Part shown: piece by piece, positions 40,233-41,348 of the stretch
How the letters are laid out: every line of letters starts with the position of its first letter
How positions within the stretch are numbered: the stretch's first letter is position 1
DNA from: a virus
Virus record (IMG/VR): IMGVR_UViG_2622736425_000001
Strand: one strand, 5' to 3'
DNA length: 41,348 nt
Made by a program: the position numbers and the translations under genes
Notes under the pieces: generated by a model
Databases searched by the model: none
The model's input: only the letters and a program-made list of their open reading frames with translations
What the model was told of the DNA's origin: nothing

Positions 40233-41348
40233 CTATTTTGCTTCCTCCTGGCCCAGACGTTCCATGATGTTAGCTATATTAGCTTCCATTCTTTCAACTT
40301 TTTGTTTATATTCATTATTTTCCTTTTCCATCTGCATATATTCCGGAGATTTGATGGACAGTTTTTCAACATCAGTATTTATTGTAATGGCAGGCAGATG
40401 CTTGATATATTCATATTTCAAATCGTCAGGATTGATCATGAAGTAAGCCTGGTCGGTCTTGTTTTTGGCCTTTCCCTGCAAATCATTCACGTTATCCAAA
40501 CTCATGCCGTCATTGTACAATGCTGAAGCATGGAATTTCCTAAGCATATGGCTTCTGAATCTGCTGTAATGTCCTACTCTACCAAGGCCAAGTTCATCAT
40601 TGATTCTTTGGAAATATCCAATGAAATAAGATTCATACATTTTGAATAATTGACTTTCGGGAGTTACATTGTCAGTCCTTGTCAGAATATATGCATTGAT
40701 GGCTTTAACAGCTTCAGGACTGCAGTAAGTAGTGTAATACTTGTTTGTTTTAATTCTCCTGAGGTTAAAGGTAGGTATCACATTGTCATTGTCATTCAAA
40801 TAATCGATTATCTGATAGATGTCCATTCTTTTGTTCGGCAGATATTCTGATAAGGCATCGATATAGTCCTGAATTGTCAGACTCAATGTTTCAGCTCTGG
40901 CACAACCGCTTGAGCAAGAAAACAATATTATAGCTTTCATAACGGGTGGGGAAATTGCTAAAGCTTCCCTTATAATTTCCTTATCAGGCAAATCTTTATA
41001 ATAGATTGATGTTGGTTTTTTCACAGCTTTCATGTTCAATCTTGGTAGAGGATTGATTTCGATGTCATAAAATCTGTAAAATTTTGAGACGGCAGACATA
41101 TGTATTCTGACTGTGTTTATAGAATAGTTGTCTAAAAGGAATTGTCTGTATTTAAGCAATTTTGTTTTAACACGGCGGTGTTTCCATTTGACATTGTCTG
41201 CTTCTTCTTTTTCCGCTTCATCAAGCAGTTCCTGAAGGCTCATACCATTGAATTCACAATACTTCTTCATTACTGACCTATTCACTTTTCGTGTTTCGTG
41301 TGAATAGTTGTTTGTTATAAATATATTTTCAAGTAGCTCGTTATCCAT
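40233..41348 (-). CDS. int: Tyrosine recombinase/integrase
   Basis: SSGCARAE (R), RIKTNK (K), SHMLRKF (HxxR), LQGK and DQAY (Y), with an N-terminal SAM-like domain. Confidence 0.92.
   Translation of the reverse strand: MDNELLENIFITNNYSHETRKVNRSVMKKYCEFNGMSLQELLDEAEKEEADNVKWKHRRVKTKLLKYRQFLLDNYSINTVRIHMSAVSKFYRFYDIEINPLPRLNMKAVKKPTSIYYKDLPDKEIIREALAISPPVMKAIILFSCSSGCARAETLSLTIQDYIDALSEYLPNKRMDIYQIIDYLNDNDNVIPTFNLRRIKTNKYYTTYCSPEAVKAINAYILTRTDNVTPESQLFKMYESYFIGYFQRINDELGLGRVGHYSRFRSHMLRKFHASALYNDGMSLDNVNDLQGKAKNKTDQAYFMINPDDLKYEYIKHLPAITINTDVEKLSIKSPEYMQMEKENNEYKQKVERMEANIANIMERLGQEEAK

Larger units (their letters stand above)
3894..41348. mobile_element. Integrated Methanobacteriales provirus or virus-derived element, probably partly defective; boundaries not determined and may extend past both window edges
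   Basis: Integrase, helicase-like rep with iterons, TerS/TerL, two MCP-like genes, decoration protein, protease/scaffold and Pei lysin all lie in this span. No att sites or tRNA seen. Confidence 0.85.

Overview
AT-rich archaeal DNA. A pseudomurein endoisopeptidase points to a Methanobacteriales (Methanobrevibacter-like) host. The window is mostly an integrated virus-like element with a tyrosine integrase at the right edge. It has a leftward replication/recombination operon with an iteron origin, TerS/TerL, a Pei endolysin, a Mu-type prohead protease/scaffold, a cement/decoration gene and two tandem HK97-type major capsid paralogues. A 555-aa protein carries a second, internal copy of the decoration domain. 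The late genes do not form one operon. They sit in five separate plus-strand islands in scrambled order, most preceded by related AT-rich promoter motifs. The islands alternate with lower-GC cargo: TPR proteins, HEAT+HIRAN, an Eco47II-like R-M pair, HEPN proteins, a VPA1262-like/PLD pair, FRG-ASCH and DUF4365. No portal or tail gene is recognisable in the window. Several genes carry 1-2 bp indels or in-frame stops, and an IS630 sits at a deletion junction. A cluster of GC-rich hairpins follows the scaffold gene. All family calls are from motif recognition by eye; no database searches were run.
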